From NCBI GenBank assembly GCA_963755715.1, contig CAVWLW010000025.1:32001-96000 (forward strand): 64,000 nucleotides of DNA. Reading direction: 5' to 3'. This DNA is from an uncultured delta proteobacterium (GTDB taxonomy: Bacteria; Desulfobacterota; Binatia; UBA9968). Both the position numbers and the translations under genes were made by a program. Below the pieces are notes generated by a model. That model did no database searches and was not told the origin of the DNA. It saw only the letters and a list, made by a program, of their open reading frames with translations. Shown here piece after piece: positions 40,968 through 50,519 of this stretch (the first letter of the stretch is position 1; each line of letters opens with the position of its first letter).

Positions 40968-41859
40968 CTATCGTTCGCGCCGTGCCGGCGCTTGGCGCCT
41001 CAGAGTCTTGCCGGAGCACTGGAGTGACGATTTACAGGAAAAGGTGCTGGCGCTGATCGCCGCGCAAATGCCGTCGAAGCACCCGCAAACGATTGAAGTC
41101 GACGCGCCAGCGGCTCGAAACGGCGAGAAATTTTATCTTAAAATATTTCATGACGGCGGACCGCTCAGTGGGATTAAAGATATTTTTCGACCGTCAAAGG
41201 CGTTTCGTTTCTGGCGCCAAGGCGTCGGGCTTGCCTCGGCCGGGTTCAATGTTCCGGAAACTATCGGCGCCGGAGAAGTACGGTGCTTTCGGATTGTTCG
41301 ACGGAGCTTTGTTCTGACCGCAAAAGTCGACGGCCAGCCGCTGCCGGTATTTTTGGCGGACCTGCTAAGCACGCGTGAAGGATTAACAATCAAAAGAACC
41401 GGACTGATGAAGCTCGCGCGCTTGATCCAACGGTTGCACCGTCGCGGATTTGTCCACGGCGACCTGATCGCGTCGAATCTGTTGGTCGCGGTGGCGGACA
41501 GTCGAGAGTTATCGTTTTATTTCATGGATAATGACCGCACTCATTGGTTCCCAGGCTGGTTGCCGCAATCCCTGTGGAAACGAAATCTGATTCAATTGAA
41601 TCGCATGCCGCTGCCGGGCATTACCTTACAGGACCGCATGCGGTTTTTATGCGCCTATCTGGGGCAAAGCCACTTGTCACGCCGCGAGCGCGAGTTTGCG
41701 CGCTGGATCGAAAATAAGACGCGCCAGCGCCGCTATGAGTGCGATGGGGTCGATCCGACGCTGAGCTTTAGGAAGTTGATGCACTGGAACGCCGACGTTG
41801 AGGTGAGTCATGATCGCGCAAGCGAACATCGCGGCATTATGAAAGACGCGGCTGGCTAA
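40951..41859 (+). CDS. LPS kinase (WaaP/InaA family)
   Basis: YLKIF, HGDLIASNLL, MDNDR and NLIQLN...DRMRFL. Confidence 0.82.
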   Translation: MPKASDYRSRRAGAWRLRVLPEHWSDDLQEKVLALIAAQMPSKHPQTIEVDAPAARNGEKFYLKIFHDGGPLSGIKDIFRPSKAFRFWRQGVGLASAGFNVPETIGAGEVRCFRIVRRSFVLTAKVDGQPLPVFLADLLSTREGLTIKRTGLMKLARLIQRLHRRGFVHGDLIASNLLVAVADSRELSFYFMDNDRTHWFPGWLPQSLWKRNLIQLNRMPLPGITLQDRMRFLCAYLGQSHLSRREREFARWIENKTRQRRYECDGVDPTLSFRKLMHWNADVEVSHDRASEHRGIMKDAAG

Positions 41860-41861
41860 GT

Positions 41862-42090
41862 CATGGCAAATTCGGCGAGAAATTGCGCCGGACTCGGGTC
41901 AAGTTCGCGGCGCGATTTTTTACTTATCTTTTTTGGCCATTCATTGGCGGCCTAGCTTAATCGCGATCATTGGCGCCGAGAAAGACCCCGTGGTGGCGGC
42001 GTTACAATGGGCAGATTCTTGCCTATCTTTTCGATCCTGCTTTGCTGATGTCTGACAACATCGTTGTGATCGCCCGAAAGCTCGCCGCCG
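41862..42090 (+). pseudogene. Decayed 3' remnant of a deleted gene, possibly a class I SAM methyltransferase
   Basis: One frame reads ...RVKFAARFFTYLFWPFI..*..QILAYLFDPALLMSDNIVVIARK with an internal stop and no start. Confidence 0.4.
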
Positions 42091-43242
42091 GTGAAGATCG
42101 CCCTGGCTCATAAGCGCCTCGATTTGAAAGGTGGAACCGAGCGGGATCTTTTCCAGACCGCCGAAGGGCTACGGGAGTTGGGACATGAAGTGCATCTATT
42201 CTGTAGCGAATTCGATATCGCCGCGCCGTCCGGCGTGATCTCGCATCGCGTGCCGACCCTTGCGTTGGGGCGATCGGCCCAATTATGGAGCTCTGCTCTC
42301 GCGACGCAAAAACGGATCAAGGACAGGCGCTACGATGCGGTAGTGAGCTTTGGCCGATTCTTCGCTGCCGATGTGGTTCGCTGCGGCGGCGGTACGCACC
42401 GAGGTTTTTTGCGCCGAATGGGTAACGAAGGCGGGGCGCTGCGCCGTCTCTGGCAAACAATGAGTGTTTATCACCGAAGTGTTTTGGCGATCGAGAAGCG
42501 CCAGTTTGAATCGGCTCGGATGAAAAAAATTATCGCGGTCTCGGCGGGAGTCAAACGAGATATCCTGGCTAATTATGCCGTGGCTCCAGATAAGATCACG
42601 GTCCTTTACAACGGGGTTGACTCGCGTCGCTTTCATCCTCAAAGGCATCAATATCGCCAGCCGGTGCGCGAGCGCTGGAAGATTCCGCTCGAAGCGCCGG
42701 TGGTATTGTTCGTTGGCAGCGGTTTTCGCCGCAAAGGCTTGGATCGTCTGATCTCGCTTTGGGCTTCGAAAAAATTGACCAGTTGCTATCTCCTGGTTGT
42801 CGGCGCGGATGCGAGAATGGAACGCTACCGAGCATGGGCTGATAGACTGGCTCCCGGCAGGATCGTTTTTGCCGGCCGGCAGGACGAGATTGAAAATTAT
42901 TACGCTGCTGCCGATCTGATTGCCTTGATGTCGATCCAGGAAGCTTTCGGCAATGTGGTGCTGGAAGCTTTGGCCGCGGGATTGCCAGTGTTGGTCAACC
43001 GGGAAGTTGGCGCCGCGGAGTTGCTGAAGGGTGCTTTGCTCGACGGCATTGTTGACAGACTGGATGAACCCAGGGAGTTGGAAGCAAAACTTCTGCGGAT
43101 GTTGGACAAAGCGCACGATGCGGCGGTCACGAAAGAGGCTCGGCAGATAGGCGAAACCTATTCTTGGGACGAGCATTTTCGCAAGCTGGAAATGATTTTA
43201 CTTGAAACCTGCGGTGCGCTGACGCAAGCCCGTGTTTCCTGA
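42091..43242 (+). CDS. GT4 glycosyltransferase (WaaG-like)
   Basis: GGTERD, FVGSGFRRKGL and EAFGNVVLEALAAGLP. Confidence 0.9.
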   Translation: MKIALAHKRLDLKGGTERDLFQTAEGLRELGHEVHLFCSEFDIAAPSGVISHRVPTLALGRSAQLWSSALATQKRIKDRRYDAVVSFGRFFAADVVRCGGGTHRGFLRRMGNEGGALRRLWQTMSVYHRSVLAIEKRQFESARMKKIIAVSAGVKRDILANYAVAPDKITVLYNGVDSRRFHPQRHQYRQPVRERWKIPLEAPVVLFVGSGFRRKGLDRLISLWASKKLTSCYLLVVGADARMERYRAWADRLAPGRIVFAGRQDEIENYYAAADLIALMSIQEAFGNVVLEALAAGLPVLVNREVGAAELLKGALLDGIVDRLDEPRELEAKLLRMLDKAHDAAVTKEARQIGETYSWDEHFRKLEMILLETCGALTQARVS

Positions 43243-44104
43243 CTTCGTTCACCATAGAGTGGGCAATGCATCGATCTGGCTCGATCGGAAATTTGCCGAT
43301 CCGGTGTTTATCGAGCGCTTAGCCGACGCGGACCAATTGTTGCGTGATCCGACATGTCAGATCATAAAAGACCAAAAGAAGATCAAAGTCGGTCGTTTGA
43401 ATGTGGGGGTGGCGGGAATCGTGCGGTCAGTTTACGTGAAACGGTACAATGCTTTTTCGCTGCGCTACAAAATAACCTCGCCGTTCATCCGCTCGGGCGC
43501 CTTGCGTGCGCTGCGCGGGGCGGCGATTCTTCGCCAGGCCAATATTGCGACCGCGGTGCCCGTCGCCGCGGTCGAGCATCGCTTCGGTGGCGTATTAAGC
43601 AAGAGTTTCTTTATCTCCGAAGAAATTGCCCGAGGCAAGACGATCGACGCTTATTGGCGTGAGCATCTTCGAGTTCTTCCGGGGCGCGAGGGATTCAAGC
43701 GAAGACGGAATTTTTTGATCAGTTTGGCCTGGATGTTTCGCACTCTGCACGCGCAGAACATCTACCACAACGATTTAAAGGACGCGAATATTTTGGCGGT
43801 CGCGAACGCCTTTGAATCCGAGTCTTTGGCTCTTCTTGATCTTGAAGGAATACGGGAATGTTCGCTTTTGAGCGACAAACGCCGGACCAAGAATCTTGTT
43901 CAACTTCACCGTACCCTGGGACGAAATCTGCGGTGGACGGATAAAGCAGTTTTTCTCAAGAGCTATCTCGATGTCTCGTTTGTCGATGGACGCGTGAAGC
44001 GCCGCCTCGTTGAAAATGTGCTGCGTGAGTCGCGCCGAGTCGATCTCTTGAAGTCGTTTTCCGCAGCGGACAATGACGTTTTCGAAAAACCCAGCCGCGC
44101 TTGA
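43232..44104 (+). CDS. LPS kinase (WaaP/InaA family)
   Basis: YVKRYN, HNDLKDANIL, LDLEG and NLVQLHR. Confidence 0.82.
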   Translation: MFPDFVHHRVGNASIWLDRKFADPVFIERLADADQLLRDPTCQIIKDQKKIKVGRLNVGVAGIVRSVYVKRYNAFSLRYKITSPFIRSGALRALRGAAILRQANIATAVPVAAVEHRFGGVLSKSFFISEEIARGKTIDAYWREHLRVLPGREGFKRRRNFLISLAWMFRTLHAQNIYHNDLKDANILAVANAFESESLALLDLEGIRECSLLSDKRRTKNLVQLHRTLGRNLRWTDKAVFLKSYLDVSFVDGRVKRRLVENVLRESRRVDLLKSFSAADNDVFEKPSRA

Positions 44105-44175
44105 AGCAGCTGTTTCGTCGCGGTGCGGCAAGCGGTGGTTTGTTATTTCGCTCTTCACCTATTAGCGAGTTTGCC

Positions 44176-45081
44176 TTGATTCACCGTCTAAGCGTCATTA
44201 TCCCCACCAGGAATCGAGCGAGAAGCTTAAAAGTATTATTGGATAGTCTTCAGAATGCCGCTCGGCCGAGCTCAGCAGAAATCGAAATTATCGTTGTGAA
44301 TAACGGCTCCACCGATGAAACATCTCAAATTCTAAATGAGGAGGCCGCGATAGCGCGCCCGCTGGACTTGGTAGTTCTGCACCAACCCATTCCCGGCAAG
44401 GCAAATGCCATCAATCTCGCCCTCACCGTGGCTCAGGGGGAGATATTAATGATTGTCGACGACGATGTCTCTATTCATCCACAGTGTTTGGTGAAACATC
44501 TTGATGCATATGAGCAAGGCAGTTTTTCTGCCCTTCAGGGAAAAGTTCAGCCGGGCAGAGATCTGAAAGGGCAATGCGCCGATCCAAGCCAATTGCAAAA
44601 ATATAATATTCCTTTGGTCGATTATGGCGATGAGATTATTCAGATCCAGGGTTTGACCGGAACGAATATGTCTTTTAAACGCGAGGTTCTCGAACGCATC
44701 GGTGCTTTTGACGTTCGTCTCGGACCGGGCGCTTCGGGTTTCAGCGAGGATACGGAATTCTCGATGCGAATTCGGCGCGCCGGGTTCAAAATCGGTTATA
44801 CGCCGCTCGCGATTGTCTATCATGAGCTGAACCCGGAGCGTTATGGGCGAGCCTACAACCGCGATGTCGAATATCGTAAGGGTGTCAGTCGCAGCCTGTA
44901 CCGTCATGATTCGATCGCATTCAAAGTACTCCCCAACCTTGTAGCCAACTGCCTGCGCTACGGTATCTACCGGATTTTTGGACGAAGTCAAAAAGTGTAC
45001 AGAACCGAAGGGCGCATCATGAAGTGTTGCGGCTACCTGATGGGCAAATTGCGTCCATACTTAGCACGGCGATCTGTGTAG
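44176..45081 (+). CDS. GT2 glycosyltransferase
   Basis: SVIIPTRNR, VNNGSTD, VDDD and SEDTEF. The start is uncertain; the frame is open from 44101. Confidence 0.9.
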   Translation: MIHRLSVIIPTRNRARSLKVLLDSLQNAARPSSAEIEIIVVNNGSTDETSQILNEEAAIARPLDLVVLHQPIPGKANAINLALTVAQGEILMIVDDDVSIHPQCLVKHLDAYEQGSFSALQGKVQPGRDLKGQCADPSQLQKYNIPLVDYGDEIIQIQGLTGTNMSFKREVLERIGAFDVRLGPGASGFSEDTEFSMRIRRAGFKIGYTPLAIVYHELNPERYGRAYNRDVEYRKGVSRSLYRHDSIAFKVLPNLVANCLRYGIYRIFGRSQKVYRTEGRIMKCCGYLMGKLRPYLARRSV

Positions 45082-45104
45082 CTAATTTCGACAGCTTTCG
45101 CGTC

Positions 45105-46010
45105 ATGCCCCAACAACCGGCCGTATCGGTAGTCATCGCAACCTACAATCGCGCCAGTTTTTTGCGAGAAACTATTGAGAGTGTTCTCAATCAGAGTTTC
45201 AAGGATTTTGAGCTCATCGTCGTGGACGACGGCTCAACTGATGAGACCCGGCAGATCCTAACGGCGTATGGATCGACGGTGCGGCCCTTTTACCAGGATA
45301 ATCGAGGACCTTCGGCGGCGCGTAATCTCGGCGTTCGCCATGCTCGAGGGTCTTGGATCGGCATACAAGATTCCGACGATTTGTCTGCACCAAACCATTT
45401 GGAAGTGTTGCATCGGAATACGCAGGCGCACCCGGAGTGCGCGATGATCTTCGCCAACGGCAAATATCTCGGCGGACCGGAGCATAACCGCGACGAGATC
45501 ATTCCCACGAAGAAGTCACGCGCTTTGGCCGCTCAGGGAGTGCGTCTGGAGAATATTTTTGACAAAAGCATCGTGCGATTGCAGGCGAGCCTGATCTCGA
45601 AAGCAGCCTATGACGCGCTCGGTGGCCATGACGAGAGTTTGCGAGTGTGCATGGATCTCGATCTCGCGCTTCGCCTGTTTATGAATTATCGGGTGAGATA
45701 CATTGATGAGAGCCTCTTCTATTATCGGAAACACGAGGGCAACATCGGACGCAACGAGGAACTTAGGTTGACCGAGAATATCCGGGTAATCGAGAAATTG
45801 CTTCATCACTATCCTGAAGCCCGGCAAATTTTAGGGGAAGGCAAAGTATCGCGCCGTTTGGCTTATCGCTATTATCGTCTGGCAAAAGGTCGCTGGAAGC
45901 GCGGCTGCTACGAGGAGGCGCGTCAAGCTATCGGGGCGGCCCTTTCGCTGCGGCCCTACGCCGCGAAGTATCGGTTCTACCAGCTTCGTTGGCAGTACTT
46001 GGCCCGATAG
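45105..46010 (+). CDS. GT2 glycosyltransferase
   Basis: SVVIATYNR, VDDGSTD and QDSDD. Confidence 0.92.
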   Translation: MPQQPAVSVVIATYNRASFLRETIESVLNQSFKDFELIVVDDGSTDETRQILTAYGSTVRPFYQDNRGPSAARNLGVRHARGSWIGIQDSDDLSAPNHLEVLHRNTQAHPECAMIFANGKYLGGPEHNRDEIIPTKKSRALAAQGVRLENIFDKSIVRLQASLISKAAYDALGGHDESLRVCMDLDLALRLFMNYRVRYIDESLFYYRKHEGNIGRNEELRLTENIRVIEKLLHHYPEARQILGEGKVSRRLAYRYYRLAKGRWKRGCYEEARQAIGAALSLRPYAAKYRFYQLRWQYLAR

Positions 46011-46146
46011 TCCGCGTGGCGGAAATAAGCATCATCGTCGCCACGTTCGATTTGACGCGATATGGGGCTATAGCTGGTATTCGTTGCGCAAAAATCTGCC
46101 GAAAATCAGTCGCAACTGAAGAAGCCCTCTTCCGGAGCAAGTCTTT

Positions 46147-46948
46147 GTGAACGACGATAATCATTCACAAGTGAATACGGTCTCGGCTATCGTCGTGTGC
46201 TTCAATGAGGAAGAGCGCATTGGCGATTGTCTTGAGAGTTTGCGCTGGTGCGATGAGATCGTGGTGGTCGACTCTTTCAGCACGGATCGAACGCCGGAGA
46301 TTTGCCGCGGCTACACGGATCGGTTTATCCAGAGGGAATGGGCAGGTTATCGCGATCAGAAAGCCTTCGCCCATTCACAGGCGACTAAGGATTGGGTCTT
46401 TTCTGGTCGATTCGGACGAACGGGTAACCGCGGAGTTACGGAACGAAGTAGAAGACGCTCTGGTCCAGGACAACGGCCGCTACGCCGGATACGCGGTGCC
46501 GCGCCTTGTTCATTATCTCGATCGGTGGTGGCGTCGCGGCGGTTGGTATCCCGACTACGATGTTCGCTTGTTCCGGCGCGAGCGCGCGACTTGGGGCGGT
46601 TCCGAGCCGCATGAAAAGATTCTCGTCGACGGCGCGGTGCGCCGCCTGCGCAATCCCTTGCATCATTATTCTTATCGTAATATCGAAGATCACCTGCAGC
46701 GCATCAATCGGTTCACGTCGATTTCATCACGAGAATCGAAAAAGCAGGGCGGCCGCTGGCGCTTGAGCGACGCCTTGTTGCGTCCGGCGGCGCGTTTCTT
46801 TCGCTCGTATGTTTTAAAGCGTGGTTTTATGGAAGGCTTCGCTGGATTCTACGTCGCGGTGACGGCGGCGGTTTATGTTTTTCTCAAGTATGCTAAGCTT
46901 TGGGAGCTCGAATTAGGGGAGAAGAAAAAACTTGGGCGGAAACGGTGA
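46147..46948 (+). CDS. GT2 beta-1,4-glucosyltransferase (KdtX/WaaE-like); +1 frameshift near 46400
   Basis: FNEEERI, VDSFSTDRT, VDSDE, GWYPD and GFMEGFAGF. Confidence 0.9.
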
Positions 46949-48030
46949 CAGCCGCCTGCTAAAGATTCTGCACATCGATCCTGAGAGAAATTGGGGTGGT
47001 GGGGAGGCGCAAGTATTCGGCCTGCTGACTTATCTTTCCCGCAAAGGACATCACAATGTGCTTGTGGCCCATCCGAACGGCGCGCTGTTTGAGCGATGCC
47101 GGGAGCTAAACCTTAAATTTCGTCCGTTCTCGATGCGCAATGATTTGGATTTGAGGGCCGTGCCCGCGCTGCGACGTTTAATTCACGCCGAGGACTTCGA
47201 CATCGTCCACTTTCATACCAAACGCGCCCACGCTCTGTCGCTTTGGCTGCCGCGCGCGAAAACTCGACCCAAGTACGTCGTCACCCGCAGAATGGACTAT
47301 CCCGAACGGCGGGGTTGGTATAGCCATTGGCTATATAACAAGAGAGTCGACGGCGTCGTGGTGATATCGCAGGCGATCGGCGATTTATTAGCGCAAGCCG
47401 GCGTCAATCGGTCCAACATTCGCCGAATATCGAGCGGCGTCGATCCGGAGCGATTCAAGGATGATTGCTCGCGGCGGGATGGGTCAAACCGAGTGGAGAC
47501 GATCGGCTGTATCGCTGGACTCGAGGCGCGCAAAGGGCAACGGTTTTTGCTTGAAGCGGCGGCTTCGTTAAAAGCCCAAGGCTTCAAACTTCAGTATCAG
47601 TTGGCCGGGGACGGCCCTCTGCGGACGGAGCTCGAAAATCATGCGATGCGTCTTGGGTTGCGTGATGAGGTGAGTTTCTTGGGCTTTGTCGCGGATACAC
47701 CGGCCTTTCTCGCCGATATCGATTTGTTCGTTATGCCTTCGTTATTCGAAGGGCTGGGCGTCGCCGTTCTCGAGGCGATGGCCGCGGGCAAACCCGTCAT
47801 CGCGACCCGCGTGGGTGGCTTGACCGAATCCGTGATCGATGGGGTTACCGGCATCTTGGTGCCCGCCTAGCGATGCGGCGGCGTTGGCGAGTGCGATTGC
47901 TAAATTGGCTCGGGCGCCGACATTGGCTGCCGAGATGGGTAGGCGCGGACGGGCGCGCGTGCTGCAACATTTTACACTCGAGCATATGGCGCGTCAGAAC
48001 GAGTCTTATTACTACGAACTACTATCTTGA
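46932..48030 (+). CDS. GT4 glycosyltransferase; +1 frameshift near 47863
   Basis: WGGGEAQ and EGLGVAVLEAMAAGKP. The C-terminus continues in ORF 47839-48030. Confidence 0.9.
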
Positions 48031-48040
48031 CGGCAGGTTC

Positions 48041-49021
48041 ATGCGATCGCTTTTAGGCACTCTAGAAAACTTTCGCTCCGTGCATTTGCTCGTGGTCGGC
48101 GATCTTATGCTCGATCGATTTATCTGGGGCGAAGTCGAGCGTTTGTCGCCGGAAGCGCCGGTTCCGGTGCTCCGCGTCGTGTCGGAGAATTTCTGTCTCG
48201 GCGGCGCTGCGAATGTAATTCATAACGTCTGCACTTTGGGGGGGCGGGTGACGGCGTGTGGAATCATAGGCAAAGACGATGCCGGAAAACGTATTGTCAA
48301 CGCGCTGCAAAAAGTAGGCGCCTCGACCGCGGGAGTGTACACGGATGCGCGCTTTCAAACGATCGAAAAGAGCCGGATCATCGCCAGTCCGCATCATCAA
48401 CAAATCGTTCGGCTCGACCGAGAAGCGCGCCAACCGATCGGCCAAAATACTTTAAAAAAAATTGGAGGTTTTATCACTGCCAATGCGCGGCGTTTCGACG
48501 GCATCGTCATTTCCGACTACGGCAAGGGTGCTATTCACGAAGATGTTCTGACAACCGTCGCGCGCGTGCTGCGGCGCCGCAAGCTTTGCGTCGTGGATCC
48601 CAAGAAAGAGAATTATGAAAATTACCGCTTGCCGGCATTGCTCACCCCGAACAAAAGTGAGGCGAGCGAAGCCTCGGGGATTTCGATCGTCGACGAGGCG
48701 AGCCTGAATGCCGCCGGGAAAAAGCTCTTGCGCAAGTGGCGCGCCGCGGCGCTGCTCATTACCCGGGGCGCGGAGGGCATGAGCCTCTTTCGGCCGGGTT
48801 TAGCGGTGAAACATTTTCCCACCGAATCGCGCGACGTTTTCGACGTGACCGGCGCGGGCGACACCGTCGTTGCGGTTTGCGCGCTGGCGCTGGCGGGCGG
48901 CGCCAGCTATGACGATGCGGCGGTGCTGGCAAATATCGCTGCCGGCTTCGTCGGTGATGAAGTTGGCACCGTGGCGGTAAAAAGCGCAAAGATCAGACGC
49001 GCGATCAAGGACAGCCTATGA
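48041..49021 (+). CDS. rfaE1: D-glycero-manno-heptose-7-phosphate kinase (HldE domain I)
   Basis: GDLMLD, SPEAPVPV, SDYGKG and DVTGAGDT. Confidence 0.93.
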   Translation: MRSLLGTLENFRSVHLLVVGDLMLDRFIWGEVERLSPEAPVPVLRVVSENFCLGGAANVIHNVCTLGGRVTACGIIGKDDAGKRIVNALQKVGASTAGVYTDARFQTIEKSRIIASPHHQQIVRLDREARQPIGQNTLKKIGGFITANARRFDGIVISDYGKGAIHEDVLTTVARVLRRRKLCVVDPKKENYENYRLPALLTPNKSEASEASGISIVDEASLNAAGKKLLRKWRAAALLITRGAEGMSLFRPGLAVKHFPTESRDVFDVTGAGDTVVAVCALALAGGASYDDAAVLANIAAGFVGDEVGTVAVKSAKIRRAIKDSL

Positions 49022-49866
49022 AAAGCATGACTGGATACGGCGAAGGGTCCCAAAACGTTCGCGGCACTAAAATCACCGTGCAGATCCGCAGTCTCAATCA
49101 TCGTCATTTGGACATGCAGTTGAGAGTGCCGCGCGAGTATCTTTCCTTCGAAGAAGAGATTCGCAAAGCGATTCGCGAAAAAATCTCGCGTGGAAGAATA
49201 GATTTATTCGTCAATCGATACGGCGCCAAAGTCCAGACGAGAAAATTGGAGATGGACGAAGGCCTGGTCGGGCAATACATCGCCGGGCTGAAGCAGCTCA
49301 AGAAAAGATATCATCTTGGGGGCGAGGTCGGCGTTTCGATGCTGACTCATATCGGCGACCTCTTTCATGTCCGCGAGGTCGAGGCGGACCATGGCGGTGA
49401 GCGCGAGGCCCTGCTCAAGGCGGTCAGTGGCGCGCTCAAAAAACTCGAACGCTCGCGCGAGCGCGAGGGCGCCCAATTGAAGGCGGACATGGACGGACAG
49501 ATCGAGCACATAAGACAAATCGCTCTTGCGTTGGAAGAACGCGCGGCGGAAAACGGCGTGCGATTACAACCGCCGTCGGCGGAAGGGCAAACCGTTACGC
49601 GCGACGGGGTGGAATTAACCGCAACGGTTTTAAAAGGCGACATCAATGAAGAAATAGTCCGGTTGAAGACCCATGTTGTAGCCCTGGCCCGCGTGACTCG
49701 CGAACGCGAACCGGTCGGGAAAAAAATCGATTTCATGCTCCAGGAAGTCAACCGGGAACTGAACACGATCAGTGCGAAGGTGCCGAATTTGCCCGTCATC
49801 CAACTCGTTCTCCAAGGCAAAGAGCGAGTCGAAAAAGTCCGCGAGCAAACCCAGAACATCGAATGA
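49018..49866 (+). CDS. yicC: YicC/YloC family endoribonuclease
   Basis: KSMTGYG, DINEEIVRL and QEVNRELNTI. Confidence 0.93.
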   Translation: MKSMTGYGEGSQNVRGTKITVQIRSLNHRHLDMQLRVPREYLSFEEEIRKAIREKISRGRIDLFVNRYGAKVQTRKLEMDEGLVGQYIAGLKQLKKRYHLGGEVGVSMLTHIGDLFHVREVEADHGGEREALLKAVSGALKKLERSREREGAQLKADMDGQIEHIRQIALALEERAAENGVRLQPPSAEGQTVTRDGVELTATVLKGDINEEIVRLKTHVVALARVTREREPVGKKIDFMLQEVNRELNTISAKVPNLPVIQLVLQGKERVEKVREQTQNIE

Positions 49867-50519
49867 TACGCCAGACTACCTCGCTGGCCAAACGGCAAGG
49901 GATCATTTTTATCTTGTCGGCGCCCTCCGGTGCCGGCAAGACCACCCTCTACAACGAGCTTAAGAGAATTCATCCTGAGATTCGTCTCTCGGTATCCTGC
50001 ACGACCCGCGCGCGCCGGCCCGGAGAGTTGAATGGGCGGGATTATCGTTTTCTTTCCGAGCCTGCGTTCCGGGCGCTCCAAGAGCGCGGAGAGTTCGCGG
50101 AGTGGGCCAAGGTCCATGACTACTATTACGGCACGCCCAAAGAACCGTTGGATCAAAGCATCCGAGCGGGACGCGATATTCTCCTCGACATTGACGTTCA
50201 AGGCGCGCACCAAATCAAGCAAGCTTACCCGCAAGCCGTGTCGATCTTTCTTTTGCCGCCGTCGTTGATGGAACTGAAACGCCGCTTGGCGGCGCGCGGA
50301 ACAGACGGGAAAGAAATTATTCGCCGCCGGCTCGCCAACGCCCGAGGTGAAATTCGCGAGATTATCCGTTATGATTATTACGTCGTTAACCGGGAGGTGA
50401 AGCAGGCGGCGCAGGTCTTGAGCTCTATCGTCGAGGCCGAGCGGGCAAAAATCTCTCGGGTCACTAAATGGCGTATCGATCCGCTACGCCAGGGGGGCGG
50501 TCCCAAAGTTCATGGGTAA
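49863..50519 (+). CDS. gmk: Guanylate kinase
   Basis: SAPSGAGKTT, TTRARRPGE and YYGT. Confidence 0.96.
   Translation: MIRQTTSLAKRQGIIFILSAPSGAGKTTLYNELKRIHPEIRLSVSCTTRARRPGELNGRDYRFLSEPAFRALQERGEFAEWAKVHDYYYGTPKEPLDQSIRAGRDILLDIDVQGAHQIKQAYPQAVSIFLLPPSLMELKRRLAARGTDGKEIIRRRLANARGEIREIIRYDYYVVNREVKQAAQVLSSIVEAERAKISRVTKWRIDPLRQGGGPKVHG

Noticed and set aside
47860-47875. In-frame TAG in the GT4 gene as stop-codon readthrough or pyrrolysine
   Set aside because: The protein continues in a different frame, and removing one C restores ...LVPPSDAAALA.
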